Shown here piece after piece: positions 26,971-41,458 of a stretch of DNA of 64,000 nucleotides. Within the stretch, counting starts at the first letter, position 1; the number at the start of each line of letters is the position of its first letter. The DNA is taken from assembly GCF_006345805.1 (NCBI RefSeq), contig NC_043004.1:4960001-5024000 (forward strand). Reading direction: 5' to 3'. The notes under the pieces were generated by a model. It was not told the origin of the DNA. It did not search any database and was given only the letters and a program-made list of their open reading frames with translations. The stretch comes from Octopus sinensis (Eukaryota). Position numbers and translations under genes: made by a program.

Positions 26971-28065
26971 TGGTTCTAATTTTGGCACAAAGCCAGCAAT
27001 TTGTTAAGGGAGGAGAAGGGAGCGAGTTTATTACATCAACCCCAACACATGACTGGTGCTTTTTTATTATCAACCCAAAATAGGATGAAAAGTAAAATAG
27101 GCTTCGGTTGTATTTGAACTCAGAATGTTAAGCATTTCGTCAGACGTACTAATGATTCTGCCAGGTCATCACCTTAATAATAAAGACTTCAAATTTTTGC
27201 CACAGAGGCAGGTTGGGGGAGGGGATTAAGTCAATTACATCACCCCCCCACCCCCCAGTGCATAACGGGTACTTATTTCATTGACCCCAAAAGGATGAAA
27301 GGCAAAGTCAACCTTGGCGGAATTTAAACTCAGAATATAACAACAGAAGCTCATCTTAATAATAATAACCCTTTTTACTATAGGTAGCAGGTTTTAAATT
27401 TTTAGGGAGTGAAAGGAGAGTCAGTCAATTAGATCAACCCTAGTGCTCGACTGGTACTTATTTTATCAACCCTGAAATGATTAAAGGCAAAGTTATCTTG
27501 GCAGAATTTGAACTCAGAATGTAAATACAGACAAAAAGCTTAGCAACATTTTGTCCGGCATGCTAACAATTCTGCCAGCTTATCACCTTAATAATAATGG
27601 TTCCAAATTTTGACACATGGTCAGTATTTTTGGAGGAGGAGTTAAGTCAATTACAACAACTCCAGGATTAAACTTGTACATATCTTATTGACCCCAAAAG
27701 GTGGAAAGGTAAAGTCGACCCGAGCAGAATTTAAACTTAGAACATAAAGACAGACAAAACGTCACTAAGAATTCTGCCTGGCATGCTAACAATTTTGCCA
27801 GCCCGCCACCCTCCTTAATAATAATAATAATAATAATAATAATGATAAAGTTTCAGATTTTAGAACAAGGCCAGCAGTTTTGGGGGAGGGAACAAGCTGA
27901 TTAAATCAACCCCCGTGTTCAACTGGTACTTATTTTATTGACCCCAAAAGGATGAAAGGCAAAGTCAAGCCCAGCAGAATTTGAACACAGAATGCAAAAA
28001 CGACAACTTGTTGCTAAGCATTTTGTCCAGCAAACTAACAATTTTACCAGCTCGCTGACCTCCTT
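25655..28065 (-). mobile_element. Head-to-tail array of about 9-10 SINE family A copies separated by (AAT)n
   Basis: A ~215 bp unit recurs (..ggcacaaggcc..atcgacccc..actggtactt..aaggatgaaaggcaaagtcgac..gaatttgaactcagaac..ctgccagctc). Solo copies at about 1020-1170, 15031-15137, 36690-36902, 39832-39960, 44770-44915, 45630-45780, 58697-58905 and 61748-61930. Confidence 0.88.
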
Positions 28066-28074
28066 AATGATAAA

Positions 28075-28120
<46 letters not shown>

Positions 28121-28707
28121 TATGTATGTAATGTGTGGGTGTTAGTTTTCTATTTAATGTTTGTTGGGTAGAAAGTGAAGGACCTGGTTATCCATACAGT
28201 TAGCTCAGGCCCAGGGGGAGATCACTCAAGACTTAATGATGTTCAAAATTAAACCCTTGTCTACAAACATCATCAAAATGTAGGCAAATGCCACAGTGAC
28301 AATATATCAAAGTGACTGACAGTCTGACTAATAGAAGAGAAACAGAAGGAATGGATAGAAAAAGGGGGGCAATAACAACAACAAAAAAAAATAAACAACA
28401 ACCAAAATCTGATTAACCAAAGTATATTACAAATTACAGCAACAACAGTAAAATAAACCAGTAAGATTTCTTGACAAAGCTTCTGTGACTTTTTATGCCA
28501 GCTTTCTCTTCATGTGCTAGCAGCGAGAAAGCTAGAATCCATTGTTCAAAACAAAGAAATGGCTTAGGCAGATTCACCCAAGGTTTCTTGTTTCAATAAC
28601 CCTAAAAAGCAACAATAGTAGAAATTATTTTTATGAACATTACATAAGAAACAGACACATACACATATAGTTCTACACACACTCACGTGTGCACGTACAT
28701 ATCTTTT

Positions 28708-28741
<34 letters not shown>

Positions 28742-29398
28742 ATATATACACATATATATATATACGATATATATATACATATTATATATATATACGTATA
28801 TATATACATATACATATATATACATAATATACATATATATATATACATTATATATATTACATATATATACATATATACATATATATTATACAATATACAT
28901 ATATATATACATATATATATAATATATATATATTATACATATATACATATATAATACCTATATATATATATTACACATATATATACATATATATATATAT
29001 ATTATACATATATATATACATATATATATATATATTATACATATACATATATATACATATATATATATATATATTATACATATACAATATATATTATACA
29101 TATATACATATAATATTATACATATAGACATATATATATTATACATATATACATATACATATATATATATATTATACATATATACATATACATATATATA
29201 TATATTATACATATATACATTATATATATATACATATATATATATTAACATATATACATATATATATATAATTATATATATATTATAATATACATATTAT
29301 ACATAGATAAATATTATACATATATACATATTATACATATATACATATTATACATATATACATATATACATATTATACATATATACATATATCATATT

Positions 29399-29435
<37 letters not shown>

Positions 29436-29583
29436 TATATATATACATTATATATATATATATATATATATACATATATATATAACATATATATATAATA
29501 TACATGTATATATATACATATATATATATACATATATATATAATACATATATATATATTCATATATATATATATATATTATAC

Positions 29584-29614
<31 letters not shown>

Positions 29615-29619
29615 CATAT

Positions 29620-29685
<66 letters not shown>

Positions 29686-29778
29686 CATATATATATACAT
29701 ATACATATATATTATACATATATATACATATACATATAATATATATAACATATAGATATATATATATACATATATATA

Positions 29779-29811
<33 letters not shown>

Positions 29812-30010
29812 ACATATAATATGTATACATAATATATGTATACATATATATATGTATAATAGTATATATTATATATACAGATACATATAAACATATATAT
29901 ATACATATATATAATATACATATATATATACACATATACAATATATATATACATATATATATACACATATACATATATATATACATATATATACACAATA
30001 TACATATATA

Positions 30011-30081
<71 letters not shown>

Positions 30082-30122
30082 TATATACATATATATATAC
30101 ACATATACATATATATATACAC

Positions 30123-30154
<32 letters not shown>

Positions 30155-30156
30155 AT

Positions 30157-30620
30157 TATTGGTGAATTGAAGAAATGGAGCTGAACGCAGATTGAACAGA
30201 AATCGTTTTATTTCATTCTAAACGTGTTTCGAAAGGCACAAATTACCAAAAGCCCATAGGCTCTTAGGAGATAGTTCGATTTGTTTTTGCTCCGCCTCTG
30301 TTCTGTTTTGTTTTTCCAACGGATTTCCTATTTTCTTCCTGAAGAGAAAGACACAATATGGTCCCATTATTCAATCGGATTTTGGTAATTGTGCCTTTCG
30401 AAACACGTGTAGAATGAAATAAAACGATTTCTGTTCAATCTGCGTTCAGCTTCATTTCTTCAATTCACCAATATGTTTTATTTCAATTATCCGCACCAAC
30501 GCACGGTTGCAACACCATATGGTTGTACCTCAACCGTGCTGTTTACTGCTGTGATTTTGCTACTAGGTATCGGTTAAAATTTTGATAATCTACTACAGAT
30601 TATTCATCTTTCTATTTCAC
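30157..30620 (+). mobile_element. (TA)n-flanked hammerhead element with a 5' inverted partial copy
   Basis: 30157-30251 is the reverse complement of 30380-30473. It is an island of complex sequence inside a 3.4 kb microsatellite field. Confidence 0.72.
30330..30420 (+). ncRNA. Type I hammerhead ribozyme, intact core
   Basis: ATTTTCTTC-CTGAAGA-GAAAGACACAAT..ATTGTGCCTTTC-GAAA-C-ACGT-G-TA-GAATGAAAT. Stem II pairs 11 of 12, palindromic ACGT loop, GUA at 30409-30411. Confidence 0.85.
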
Positions 30621-30883
30621 ATAATTATATATATATATATATTACACATATATATATATATACATAATATATACACGTATACACATATATATATATATAC
30701 ATATATAGATACACATATACATATATAGATACACATATACATATATAGATACACATATACATATATAGATACACATATACATATATAGATACACATATAC
30801 ATATATAGATACACATATACATATATAGATACACATATACATATATATATACACATATACATATATATATACACATATACATA

Positions 30884-30916
<33 letters not shown>

Positions 30917-32226
30917 CACAATACATATATATATATATATATACACATATACATACATATACATATATATATACACATATACATACATATACATATATAT
31001 ATACACATATACATACATATACATATATATATACACATATACATATATACACATATACATATATACACATATACATATATATATATATATACACATATAC
31101 ATACATATACATATATATATACACATATACATATATACACATATACATATATATATACACATATACATATATACACATATACATATAATACATATACATA
31201 TATACAATATACACATATACATATATATATATATATATATATAATAATATAATATATACATATATATAACACATATATATATACACATATATATACACAC
31301 ATTACATATACACACATATCTATAACACACATATATATATACCACACATATCTATATATATATATATACACATGATATATATGATACACATAGATATATA
31401 TATATACACATAGATATATATATACACATAGATATATATCATACACACATATATATATACATATACATATATATATACACATAGATATATATATACACAT
31501 AGATATATACATATACATATAATATATATATAGACATATACATATATATATACACAGAATATATACACATAGATATATATACATATAATATATTATACAT
31601 TACATATATATATATAAATTATATTACATATATAAATTAATATACATATACATATATATATATACATATACATACCTATATAATATACATATACATATAT
31701 ATATACATATACATACATATAATACATATACATATACATATACATACATATATATATATACATATACATATACATATATATATATATATAAATACATATA
31801 TACATACATACATATACACATATACATATATACATATATACAAATGCATATATACATATACATATATACAAATACATATATACATATATACATATACATC
31901 TATACATATACACATATAGATATACACATATACATATACACATATACATATATATATACATATATACAAATACATATATACATATACATATACATATATA
32001 CATATACATATATACATATACACATATACATATATACATATATACATATATACATATACACATATATACATATACACATATACATATATACATATACATA
32101 TATATACATACATATACATATATAATATATATATCAAAATAAGCAACAAGGATATCCAGAGGTAATGCAGTACGATCGTTTCATACGACACATTTAATTG
32201 AACAATGTGCAATTGAAACAAGTCTT

Positions 32227-32320
32227 GTGCAGCCAAAAGATTACTCTACATTTAAATTGATGTAATGAACTGATTGCATTGTTCACTTAAATGGAGAGTG
32301 CATGAACGATCATACTGCAT
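32227..32320 (+). ncRNA. Decayed hammerhead motif in an element with an inverted partial copy (32133-32210)
   Basis: GTGCAG-CCAAAAGA-..long hairpin..-GAAC-GATC-ATA-CTGCAT. The inverted copy preserves the presumably ancestral GAAAC-GATC-GTA-CTGCAT. Confidence 0.5.
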
Positions 32321-32428
32321 TACCTCTGGATATCCTTGTTGCTTATTTGATTTTAATCACCTTATTTGAAATTGTATGGATAATACCGTACTAAATTCTG
32401 GTGTGCCTCCTTAAGTACCATATTCATC

Positions 32429-32466
<38 letters not shown>

Positions 32467-33104
32467 TATATATATATATATATACAAAGACTTTATTTGT
32501 ACGGTAACAGGGATACAAATGGTTTTATGTAAGGAGAGAGATCTTTTTGACAATTTTCAGGTGTACAACATGTGAACGTTGGTACAACATCTCCATTTGG
32601 TAGTCTCATCCAAAAGGGAGACAACTTTTGACATCCTCGTGGTATACTCAAAAATTGCAAAGAGATCTCTCATTACATGAAACTATGGGTAGCCTTGTTA
32701 AACTGCAAGTACAGAATATCCATCAATGAGGTTTTAAGCACTCATTCTCAATGTCTGATACCAGTATCTATCAACATTTATATTTATATATATATATATA
32801 TATATATAAATATATATATATAGTAATGCTTGTTTTTATATCAAATCATATATAAAAACACATTAACATTGGACTACTTTTTAGTAGGTCACATGTTTCT
32901 GTAACTTCTACCTTTTAGAAGAAGACGGGTGACAGCAACCCCAATGTTCAGACTGTCCAATAAAGGTGAACAAGTGAAAACACCAAAGTCACTGCCAGCC
33001 GTCTGCCTCTCATATATATATATAGATATATAGGTTTGGTGAAACAAACAAGGAAATAGAGCTCAAAATGCATACATATACATATATATATATCATACAT
33101 ATAT

Positions 33105-33138
<34 letters not shown>

Positions 33139-33140
<2 letters not shown>

Positions 33141-33833
33141 TTTGATACTTTGATAGGTTTCGGCCATTATGGCCCAGGCCATGTCTAACTTAATAGCACC
33201 ACCTGGTGAAGTCTTTCAAGTCAGAATTTGGGCACTATGGCCCACTCATAGAGAGTTATTGTTTACAGAGACATATCCGGGTGTAGGGGTTTATCCGGGA
33301 TTTCTTGAAGGAATCTGTCCAAAGACTTCTTGAACCCTATAGGGTCAGTTTCTGTTTTAATGTGTTTTGGTGTAATGTTAAAGAGAGCGGGGCCAATTGA
33401 GGTGAAATAATTGTGCCGTATTGTTGTTATGAGATGAGAGTGCGATTTTTGTTTTGGGCGGATGGCACGGGGCCCAAGCCTTGGATGTACCTTAAAGGTG
33501 ATGCCAACATCATTTGGGCATGCTGATGGAATATTTTCCACATCATGCAGATGATGTAGCGCTCACGACGACGTTGGAGAGAATAGAGTTTTAGCTTTTC
33601 TAGTCGACCCCAATAGTCGAGGCCTGTCATGCCTCTATCTTTTTTGTGATTGCCCTTTGAGGTGCTTCGACTTTTATGATACCTTGTAGTGTTGGGGAGA
33701 CCACAGTGGACAACAGTATTCAAGGTGGGGTCGGGCAAAAGTGGAGAAGAGAAGGATAATGGTGTGGATATCTCTCGACTGGAAAGTTCTGAGAATCCAG
33801 GAACACATTCTGCGGGCCATGTCAACTTTGGTG
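33139..33833 (-). mobile_element. 3' fragment of a CR1-like LINE
   Basis: ARRMCSWILRTFQSRD..LFSTFARPHLEYCCPLWSP, YWGRLEKLKLYSLQRRRERY and FKKSLDRFL. Short (tatcaaag) tandem tail at 33139-33155. Confidence 0.85.
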
Positions 33834-33834
33834 T

Positions 33835-34555
33835 TTATATATAATATATATATATATATGCATATATACAACACATATATACATATGCATATATATATAT
33901 ACACACATATGATTATAAAAATATGTGTGTGTATGTTATATATATATATATATAATATATAACACACACTATATATATATACTATATATATATATATATA
34001 GATAAACACATATATATATATATATACATATGTATACATATACATATATATATATAAATATATGCATATATATATACACATATATATACATAGACACATA
34101 TATATGCACATACATATATATATATATATATATACATATATAAACATATACATACATATATACACATATATATATATCAATAAATACATACACAAATATA
34201 AATATATATATACACATACATAAATATATATATATATGTACACAGGAGAGAATTGTAGTTCGCTTGAAGCATTGTGTATTGTTTGTAAAGAATAAAAAGT
34301 CTTGAATGGTACAACAATGCACTCTAATACAACAAACAGGTATATAGCCCATTGTTTCTATTATAGTGCAGTGCTATACAATTCAAGACTTTTTATACAC
34401 ATACATATATATACTCATACATATGTATATATACATATATATACACACATAAATATATATACACATACATACGTTTATATACATATATATATATGCACAT
34501 ACATATACACACATATATGCATATACATATATATACATATTATATACATATATAG

Positions 34556-34586
<31 letters not shown>

Positions 34587-35292
34587 CACATATATACACA
34601 TACATATATACACACATATATACACATATATATACACACACATATATATACATATATATACACACATACATTCATAGATATTTATATGGGTATATACATA
34701 CATACATATATATATATACACACACACATACATGCATATACACATATATATATACATATATATACATACATAATTACACATACATATATATACACATACA
34801 TATATACATATATATATACACATATATATATACACATACATATATATACACATATATATATACACATACATATATATACACATACATATATATACACATA
34901 TATATATACACATACATATATATACACATACATATATATACACATATATAATACACATACATATATATACACATATATATATACACATACATATATATAC
35001 ACATATATACATATATATATATACATATATATATACATTATATATACATATATATATACACATACATATATACACATATATATACACATACAACATATAT
35101 ATATACATACATATATCAATATATTACATACGTTATAATACATATATATATACGTGTATATATATACACATACATGTATATATATATATATATACATATA
35201 GGTATACATATACATACATACATGTACATATACACATACATACATACATACATGTACATATACGCATACATAAATACATACATACATAAATT

Positions 35293-35340
<48 letters not shown>

Positions 35341-35452
35341 ATATTTATATATACATATGTGTATACATACATATATAAATGCATATGTATATATGTGTGT
35401 TTATCATTGTTGCATATATGTGTGTGTATGTGTATGTGTGTGTCTGTCACTG

Positions 35453-35520
<68 letters not shown>

Positions 35521-35550
35521 TGTGGGTGTGTGTGTGTGTGTGTGTGTCAC
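33835..35550. repeat. Degenerate TA/CA/TG microsatellite field
   Basis: Low-complexity dinucleotide sequence with one small fold-back island at 34240-34397. Confidence 0.95.
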
Positions 35551-35759
35551 TGTTGCATATATGGATATAGCCACAAATCTTTACAATGTCTTTTGAATTA
35601 TTCTTTAAGTCATTCCTTATTCTTCACACACATTGGTGACACATATTTGGTTTTGTTCATTGACCTATTCACATTTTAGTGTTTAGTATTATTGTTGATG
35701 TTGTTGTGATTGGGGAAAACAAAGAATTTAACATAATGTCAAATTTACATTTCTTATAC

Positions 35760-35913
35760 AGGTATGGCTGTCTAGGTAAGAAGCTTGCTTTGCAACCATG
35801 TGGTCTTGGGTTCAGTCCCACTGTGCAGCTTGAGCAAATGCCCTCAACTATAGCCCCAGGCTGACCAATGCCTATGAGTGAATTAGGTTGAAGGAAATTG
35901 TGCGGAAGCCCAT

Positions 35914-35957
<44 letters not shown>

Positions 35958-35960
35958 TGT

Positions 35961-35999
<39 letters not shown>

Positions 36000-36200
36000 G
36001 TGTGTCTTTGTGTTGTTCCCACCACCACCAGTTGATAACTGATGTTGTTTTGTTTACATTCCCATTACTTAGCAGGTTGGCAAAAGAGAAAGCAACAGAA
36101 TACAAACCAGCCAGACATAAAAAATTAGTAGTGGGGTTAATTAGTTCAACTAAAAAGAAGCCCTTCATGCTAGTGGAAGCGCAATAACTGGGACAAGTAA
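35760..36200 (+). mobile_element. SINE family B copy
   Basis: Same head and tail, with an internal (TG)n tract. Confidence 0.8.
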
Positions 36201-36957
36201 AAGATAGATGAGAAAATTTTAAATAGAAGACAAAGACCAACAACAAAAAATTCCAGTTGCAGCTATGCACACCCTTCCCTGTCCCCATTGCTCCCACTTT
36301 GTCACTAATACCTTCTCCCCAGGGGTCACAGCGCTGCCCTCTTTGATAAGCACTGGGTTTAAGTATGGTTTAAAGTGAGCAGAAAGGAGTTGGCTAGGAA
36401 AATAGATTAGTACAATGGATCAGATAACTACAAATGAGATACAGTTACAATGTCAGATTAAAAAGAAAAAGAGGAGTCGTGGTATAGGAGTATATCCATA
36501 GCAACAGAAGATGGGGGCAAGAGGAAGATATATGCAAATGTAAAATTGCACACACATACTTACTTACATACAGAGATGTGCCAGTTTTTATATATATATA
36601 TATATATAGTTACATATAAACATTCGTGCACATTTCCTCATTCACATAACAGCAAATATACTTCACCAATATTCTCAGCTTAATATTGACTCCAAATTCT
36701 GGCACAAGACCAGTAATTTCAGGGAAGCAGTTAACTCAATTACATCAACCCCAGTGCTCAACTGATATTTATTTTATCAACCCAAAAAGGATGAAAGACG
36801 AACACGACCTCAGCAGAATTTGAACTCAGAATGTAAAGATGGATGAAATGCTGATACGGTATTTTGCCCGGCCTGCAAACTGTTCTGCCAGCTCACTGCC
36901 TTATTTTGAGTTTAATATTAAGATATCTCAATTTTACTGTGTGTATCCTGGTTAACA

Positions 36958-37260
36958 TGGAGGCACAATGGCCCAGTAGTTAGGGCAGCAGACTCATGGT
37001 CAGAGGATCGTGGTTTCGATTCCCAGACTGGGTGTTGTACGTGTTTATTGAGCAAAAACACCGAAAGCTCCACAAGGTTCCGGCAGGCAGTGGTGACGAC
37101 CCCTGTTGTACTCTTTCGCCCCAACTTTCTCTCACTCTTTCTTCCTGTTTCTTGAGTAACGCTGCGATGGACTGCCATCCTATCCAGCTAGGGGGAACAT
37201 ATACGCCATAGAAACTGGGAAACTGGGCCCATGAGACTGGCTAGGCTTGAAAAGGGTACA
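36958..37260 (+). mobile_element. tRNA-derived SINE family D
   Basis: Head tggaggcacaatggcccagtagttagggcag..ggtttcgattccc. Related pieces at 16918-17145 (+), 22640-22970 (-) and 44240-44545 (+). Confidence 0.75.
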
Positions 37261-37906
37261 TAAATAATAAAAATCCTGGTTAACAAGCACATACTGAATA
37301 TTGAAGTAAATGGGATCTGCAGCAAGAAGAGCAGCCAACTATATAACAATGCCTCTGAAAACCCATCTAATGCATGCCAGCATGGAAGGATGGATGTAAA
37401 ACGATGATGATGACAATAACAACACCAAAAATTATGATGATTACAATACTTAACATTACATCAAGGAAGATATATGTGTTTGCTATGAAGGAAAGTAGAT
37501 ATCTGCTAAATACTTGATTTTTAAAAAAACAGTTAAAATATCTCCAGAGTTCTCTGTTATGATAAAAAATATCATCCACATCAGCAGTAGCAACCCACAG
37601 ATTTATGCAAGGAAATGTCTTCCCATGAGATATGATATTGCTGCCAGGTGCACACAAGGGCTAAATGGTTAAGAGGCTTGCTTTACAACCACATGGTTCC
37701 AGGTTCAGTCCCACAATGCAAAACTTTAAGCAAGTGTCTTCTACTATAGCCCTGAGCCAACCAATGCCTTGTGAGTGGATTAGATAGATGAAAGCTTTGT
37801 GGAAACCCATGACCTACATATATATGTACACATAGATACACATATATATGCATACACACACATATATACATATATACACACATACATACATACATACACA
37901 CATACA

Positions 37907-37941
<35 letters not shown>

Positions 37942-38226
37942 GATGGACTCTCCCATTGTTAGATAATGTATGAGGGTTCGACAATTTCTTACCGAACAAC
38001 CAGATGATTTTTATATAGTGATCAAGTGTTTGTATAGACGTAAGCTCCCTCCCTCCCTCCACATTACTTGTACAGATGCAACATATCAGATGTCAAAATG
38101 ATTGCTGACCAATGTGAAATGAAGTGCTTTGCTCAAGAACACAACGCAACACCCAGTCTGGAAACCGATCCCACAATCTCACAATCGTGAGTGCAACACC
38201 CTAACCACTAAGCCATGCACCTTCAC

Positions 38227-38260
<34 letters not shown>

Positions 38261-38685
38261 GCATGTATGCCCTTGTGTTTGTCCACCTCCCACAGCTTGA
38301 CAACAGGTATGTTGGCTTGTTTACACTTCTGTAACTTAGCAGTTTGACAAAAGAGTCTGATAGAATTAGCACCAGACTTAGAAACAAAATGCCAATTTGT
38401 TCAACTAAACTCCTCAAGGCAGTGCCACAGTGCAATGATTAAAACAAGTAAAAGAAAAGAAAAAAAACTATTTTCAATGCTATTCAATGGAAGGATCATC
38501 CTGATGGTTATAAAAAGTAAAACTAGAACCAGAATACTTCCCAACCATATGATTCCAGGTTCAGTCCCACTGCGTGGCACCTTGGGCAAGAGTTTTCCAG
38601 AATAAGCACCAGGCTTTTAAGATAAAAGATAATTCACTATTTATGTTTACTTAAATGAACGCACGCGCGCGCGCACGCACGCACG

Positions 38686-38730
<45 letters not shown>

Positions 38731-38989
38731 ACCCACCTCAATCTGGAATGCAAAGAGGAATTTCAGTAAAAATGTAGGTATAATGGTTAGATACACTCAA
38801 AGAAAAATATCTTACACGAACAGTTTTGAAACTTTTACCAATGGTGCGAAAAAATTACATGAAAGAAAGACACCAGGGAAGGGTGGAATAGATGAATAAA
38901 CAATACAAGGAACTGATGCTCTATAGAAAGTGATTTTCTGACTTATTCTACAGAAGGCCAATTCTATACAAAAATATATCTTTTAGTTG

Positions 38990-39182
38990 CTGTATTTGAT
39001 GGAATAAAAACCACATTGGCATATTAGATGCATCTGAATTTCAGTAGTGCATATTCATGGAAAAAGGGGTTTTGTGCATTAACGTAATATTGACTCAACT
39101 TTGCATCTAGGATGTGGGATGGAGATTTCTTTGAGACATTTTTGTGGAAAAAAATGCATTTTATATACCATCAAATAAGGTA
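38990..39182. mobile_element. pogo/Tc2-type MITE
   Basis: ctgtatttgatggaataaaa ... ttttatataccatcaaataagg imperfect TIRs. A similar element lies at 63184-63346 (taccatattta..taaatatggta). Confidence 0.55.
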
Positions 39183-39970
39183 TGTACATATGTGTGTGTG
39201 TGTGTATCTAAAAAAAATATGGAAGGTCAGATTGACATGATATTCACTTGTCATAACATGAATAAACCTTTTAACAAAACTTGTTCAGCAAAAAAATTAT
39301 AGTTTGTCTAAACATGTACAAACTTTACACAAGCTATCACAACTGATTCCTCTAAGACCATCATGAATGTAAAATGAAGTGATTTATTAGTAGGCAGACA
39401 GAAAAGAGTGTTATGTGAGCAACAACTTTTGATAAATAAAGCTGTGCTGCCTCAAAATAAGAAAACACTATTGCATGCTGTAACCATGTCACAAAATGGC
39501 TCAATTGCAGAAAGACTTTATTCCCCACTTGTAGTTTGCTACAGTCATCGCATTTGGCAAAAGTACTTGCTGCCTTTGTTGCTGTCATTGAAAAGCTCAC
39601 AAAGACTTGGCCAACAGTCCTCACACTTGTAACTGAAATCAGAACAATCGCCTCTGATGTTAAAAATATTTCAAAGAGAATATTCCAAGAAAACCGTCTA
39701 CCTCTTCTGTTTATTTTCTCACTAAATATGCTGTAATTTTTCCCCTTTTTTACTAAAATTCAGTGGCTATAAGTTAAATTACCCATCACCAAGAGATACC
39801 AATGTAATCCATATGTTCTTTATAGATAAAAATCCTTTCTATTACACACACAAGACCTGAAATTTGTGGGAAGGAAGGCAGAGCAATTACATGAACCCCA
39901 GTACTTGACTGGTACTTACTTTATCGACCCCAAAAGGATGAAAGGCAAAGACAATCTCAGCTATTATATA

Positions 39971-40080
<110 letters not shown>

Positions 40081-40087
40081 TATATAG

Positions 40088-40410
40088 GAGACCCCCTTCA
40101 GTCATGAATGACCATGGGATTGCACCTAGAAAGTTACCCACCGAGGCACAAGTTCGGGCAAGGTTGCCAGCAGTCACCCATGCATACCAGCCTTCCCTCT
40201 CCACACCACTGATGTTATCCAAGGGAAAAGCAAAAGCCAATACAGCTTGGCACCAGTGACATCGCAACTCATTTCCACAGCTGAGTTAACTGGAGCAATG
40301 TGAAATAAAGTGTCTTGCTCAAGAACACAACACGCAGCTTGGTCCTGGAATCGAATTCACAACCTCACGATCGTAAGCTTGACACTCTAACCACTGAGCC
40401 ATGCACCTTC
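40088..40410 (-). mobile_element. SINE family C copy
   Basis: Reverse-complement alignment to 11228-11567. Confidence 0.85.
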
Positions 40411-40413
40411 ATA

Positions 40414-40469
<56 letters not shown>

Positions 40470-40639
40470 AAATACAAAATGGGACAAGAACGCAAAACAT
40501 CCGGACAACTAGGTGATACAAAAAGGGACAACAAAACAACAAGATAGATGATACCAAAAAACAAGGACGAGTCATTCAAAGCTTTTTATCTTCAGTCAAG
40601 AACCGGATCATCCTTGCAATATTGTCTTAAATCAAAAAA

Positions 40640-40830
40640 TTAATATCAATAATCTCCCTGTTACGAGAGAGTACTACTAGTATCTTGGTATTGACAAAAA
40701 TGTGTCATATAAACTTGCTGTGAACAAAGATAGAATGACCAAAAAACATACCAGACTTTAAAAAATATGACAGTCAAGACTTTCCCCTCTCAAGAGAATA
40801 TGCAACAATGCATATTGCAGTAACAGAACT
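40640..40830 (+). pseudogene. Decayed R4/Dong-like RT fragment
   Basis: Translates to ..Y*YLGIDKNVSY..VNKDRMTK.., resembling the YKYLG post-RT region. Confidence 0.5.
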
Positions 40831-41237
40831 GGTACATCTATCTTCATTTATCACATATGAGTAATTCCAAAAGCAAAATACACTGTGTAAAATGAATTAG
40901 TGATAAAAGAATAACAGGTCATATGGGAAAAAAACAGGTTTTATTCCAAGACCCCAAATTGTAGTGAATATTGCAGATGGTTGCTGGGGCATGCTTTTGC
41001 TGAATGTTTGGTAAAGTGCCAATCTGTGTTATCACAGATCAATCTATGATAAGCATAACATGGTTCACAATTGAACAGACTGTGTTACCTTGGATCAATG
41101 ATGAATGAATCATTGATAAACAAAGCTACATGTACCAACATTTGGGATAATTGACTGTTTTTATGGAAGAAATCTGCTTTATACATATTGAAGCCAGCCA
41201 GAGCCTAGAAATAGTGATACTGACCAGATGTATTTAA

Positions 41238-41458
41238 CCCTTTTGTTACCAACCCGACTGAAACCGAATCTGGCTCTGAGTACAAATATCTTGTTTTCAT
41301 AAGTTTTGAATAAAAATCTTCCGCCAAACGTTAGTTACAATTTATGTTGCTAACACTAGCTTAATGATAACTAAGTTATTTTACTAAATTCTTTGTAATA
41401 TTTCAAATTAATTGAAAGGAACATAGAACATCTCAACATAAATGCTGTAACAAAAGGG
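41238..41458. mobile_element. piggyBac-type MITE
   Basis: TTAA|CCCTTTTGTTAC ... GTAACAAAAGGG|TTAA: perfect 12 bp TIR with TTAA target duplication. Confidence 0.88.

Larger units (their letters stand above)
28700..32132. repeat. Giant degenerate (TA)/(TACA) microsatellite field
   Basis: Almost pure T/A/C dinucleotide sequence, interrupted only by the 30157-30620 element. Confidence 0.95.

Noticed and set aside
25655-28065. Regularly spaced repeats resembling a CRISPR array
   Set aside because: Units are ~215 bp diverged SINEs with AAT linkers in eukaryotic DNA; no cas genes.
39330-39720. Possible hAT transposase relic (ACCNH-like motif)
   Set aside because: Too degenerate to support.
40560-40615. 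CTGAAGA in a TA-flanked repeat (minus strand)
   Set aside because: Followed by GAAT rather than GAAA, and the pairing does not fit the hammerhead topology.
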